Below, piece by piece: positions 26,651 through 28,351 of a DNA stretch of 28,351 bases (position 1 is the stretch's first letter; the number at the start of each line of letters is the position of its first letter). Under the pieces are notes generated by a model that made no database searches, was not told the DNA's origin, and saw only the letters and a list, made by a program, of their open reading frames with translations. The translations under genes and the position numbers were made by a program. This DNA is from a virus (lineage: Duplodnaviria > Caudoviricetes), in the IMG/VR virus record IMGVR_UViG_3300032318_000963, positions 1 to 28,351 of that record. One strand, given 5' to 3'.

Positions 26651-26878
26651 ATGTCTGCATCAGATAAAGCCAACGAAATTGTTCTTGGTGTGATCGAAGC
26701 GATTCAATCCACCGAGATTCCCGACAACCTCAACCCCGTCTACAACGAACTGGCCAACCGAACCTTGGCACAGGTTCTCGACGAGGACGCGCACGAAGTC
26801 CTGTGCTGCATGGTCGCCCGACTCATGCTCCTCGTCTCGCGGCAGAACTACTCCGTTCCGACCTATTCTCTCAACTAA
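26651..26878 (+). CDS. Hypothetical early protein
   Basis: 75 aa, tight packing. Confidence 0.65.
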   Translation: MSASDKANEIVLGVIEAIQSTEIPDNLNPVYNELANRTLAQVLDEDAHEVLCCMVARLMLLVSRQNYSVPTYSLN

Positions 26879-26880
26879 CC

Positions 26881-27084
26881 ATGAAACAACCGCACCGCCA
26901 CACGTTCGCGCTGCCTACTCCGGAGTCCATGACTCGGGCCGCGCTCAAGAAATTGACCCGTAAGGAAATGCTCGCCGCGAAGTTCGCCGACGAGATCATG
27001 CATCCGCGTGTCACCAACCTCATCGCCAAGCCGGAACCCAAGCCGGAGCCGCTCACCTTCTCCCTTGGTTCCTTGATCCCATGA
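26881..27084 (+). CDS. Hypothetical early protein
   Basis: ATG 26881 (MKQPHRH...), 67 aa, 4-nt overlap with the next gene. Confidence 0.6.
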   Translation: MKQPHRHTFALPTPESMTRAALKKLTRKEMLAAKFADEIMHPRVTNLIAKPEPKPEPLTFSLGSLIP

Positions 27085-27692
27085 AGTTTGCATACAATAC
27101 ACCGCATGGAGCCATAAAAGCATGGCTTGATCGACTGATGCGGACGGCCAGCGATCCCGGCAGTTCCATCCTCAACGTCTATTCCAAGAGCCGCAAAGTC
27201 TATGCGGATGGACACGTCATGTATTCCTATGGAACCCATTACCCCTTGATCCGATGGATTCCGGAATACGCGACCTTCACAGTCAACGAAGACACGTATT
27301 CCAACACCACGTCGAGACACCAACAGCAAGCTCGGAGATTGGCTTACAGCTACGCCAACACAATGGGCTACCGACTCAAGAACGAATTGCAGAAAATAAC
27401 CGTGCTGCGGTTGTCTTATGAGGACAGTGCGTGGCTTCCGGATGTCTCGGCTGACAGAGTCCTCGCCTACTACCACGAAAGAATACGCAAGTGCGCGTTG
27501 AAAGCCAAGCGAGCAAGGTCCGACTGGTCTCGGACGCAGGGTCTCCGCTTCGCCAACGAGTGGATTGCGGAGCGCAACATCTTCGTTTCCAGATTCGCCA
27601 AGAAATTGGCCGAGTATGGAATCACCACAACACCGGAGCTACCCGAGGACGTGCAAGCGACCCTCGTTCTGCTCAAGCTAACTGAACAATGA
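27081..27692 (+). CDS. Conserved phage hypothetical protein (YSYG.HYP...YS.TTSRHQ type)
   Basis: 203 aa; motif recalled from phage early regions. Confidence 0.8.
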   Translation: MKFAYNTPHGAIKAWLDRLMRTASDPGSSILNVYSKSRKVYADGHVMYSYGTHYPLIRWIPEYATFTVNEDTYSNTTSRHQQQARRLAYSYANTMGYRLKNELQKITVLRLSYEDSAWLPDVSADRVLAYYHERIRKCALKAKRARSDWSRTQGLRFANEWIAERNIFVSRFAKKLAEYGITTTPELPEDVQATLVLLKLTEQ

Positions 27693-27787
27693 AGATAAAC
27701 AACCCATCCATCGAAGCCATCATGATCCTTGGACTCCTGCTCCTTGGATTCATGGCACTAGTAAACTGGCTAATCCCGACACCCTAA
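27689..27787 (+). CDS. 32-aa single-pass membrane peptide
   Basis: Manual translation MKINNPSIEAIMILGLLLLGFMALVNWLIPTP; 4-nt overlap upstream and 2-nt gap downstream. Confidence 0.55.
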   Translation: MKINNPSIEAIMILGLLLLGFMALVNWLIPTP

Positions 27788-27789
27788 CA

Positions 27790-27984
27790 ATGAAAACAAT
27801 GCAATACGACATCAGCGTCACCCTCAAGCCATTGAATATAACGATGACGGCGGGGTTCGACACATCGTGCGAAGAGATGCACGACCTCATCATGGAAGAA
27901 GTCTACCGCAAACTGGAGTCACACAATCCCGAAGTATTCATGGACAAGGTGTGTCTCCGCATCACCAAAGAAATCACCACCTAA
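27790..27984 (+). CDS. Hypothetical early protein
   Basis: 64 aa; CCTAACA-ATG junction. Confidence 0.65.
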   Translation: MKTMQYDISVTLKPLNITMTAGFDTSCEEMHDLIMEEVYRKLESHNPEVFMDKVCLRITKEITT

Positions 27985-27986
27985 CA

Positions 27987-28163
27987 ATGAAACTACTACT
28001 GGCACACACACTATACACACTCGGAGACTGGGTCAGTTATCCGATGCTGACTCGTTACGGCGGCTGGCTCTATCCGCTATACGCAAAGCTCATGAACTGG
28101 AGCAGCGAATTGGATGACCACGATGTCATCTGGAAACCTGTCGAAAAATTCAACGAGGAGTAA
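27987..28163 (+). CDS. Hypothetical early protein, 58 aa
   Basis: ATG 27987 (MKLLLAHTLY...), same CCTAACA-ATG junction. Confidence 0.65.
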   Translation: MKLLLAHTLYTLGDWVSYPMLTRYGGWLYPLYAKLMNWSSELDDHDVIWKPVEKFNEE

Positions 28164-28165
28164 TC

Positions 28166-28351
28166 ATGCAAACATTCCTGCCCTACCCCGACTTCGACGA
28201 GTCCGCTCGGGTCTTGGATTACAGACGGCTCGGTAAACAGCGCGTCGAGACACTACAAATCCTCAAAGCCTTGATCCTGCCGGATTATGGCTGGAAGAAC
28301 CACCCCGCCGTGAAGATGTGGCAAGGCTACGAGTTGAACCTCGCGGCCTAC
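28166..28351 (+). CDS. Pyrimidine-dimer DNA glycosylase / endonuclease V-like protein (MSMEG_6728 type), truncated by window end
   Basis: Manual translation MQTFLPYPDFDESARVLDYRRLGKQRVETLQIL...GWKNHPAVKMWQGYE; SD GAGGAG. Confidence 0.88.
   Translation, partial: MQTFLPYPDFDESARVLDYRRLGKQRVETLQILKALILPDYGWKNHPAVKMWQGYELNLAAY

Larger units (their letters stand above)
1..28351. mobile_element. Tailed dsDNA bacteriophage (Caudoviricetes) genome segment, probably temperate
   Basis: Terminase, portal, scaffold, capsid, fibre, integrase, PolA, primase-helicase and early-type small ORFs in modular order; no host housekeeping genes; no att boundary seen. Confidence 0.96.

Noticed and set aside
1-28351. 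tRNA genes, attP core, introns/inteins, stop-codon reassignment
   Set aside because: No cloverleaf or T-loop signature found by eye; core genes have ordinary lengths; TAA, TGA and TAG all end well-packed genes under the standard code.

Overview
The whole window reads as part of a tailed dsDNA phage genome, probably temperate and podovirus-like; no host genes are recognisable. The minus strand (11357 down to 1) carries a packaging/head operon: large terminase, a small basic protein, a GT-A-like glycosyltransferase candidate, portal, two small proteins, scaffold, major capsid protein, a small acidic protein, an adaptor, and a fibre gene that runs off the window and is absent from the ORF track. 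The plus strand (11423-22522) carries a tyrosine integrase, RuvC-like resolvase, an SF2 helicase fused to a Cas4-like nuclease, an SSB-like protein, a Leu762-type family A DNA polymerase, a DUF1599-like protein, a primase-helicase and basic proteins. A ~1.5 kb non-coding block follows, with an iteron/G-quadruplex origin candidate, hairpins and a structured leader. After it come small early-type genes interrupted by an antisense small-terminase-like gene. The most notable signals are: a C-terminal peptide (GGFLDA[IV]E[KR]R) shared by the scaffold and an unrelated small protein, and an N-terminal KLKQAKE shared by two basic proteins, both candidate capsid-loading tags; a glycosyltransferase-like gene inside the head operon; a promoter and start codon nested in the helicase-nuclease fusion; and several structured RNA candidates, one with mutually exclusive pairing. 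Protein calls come from motif recognition only; no database searches or folding programs were run.
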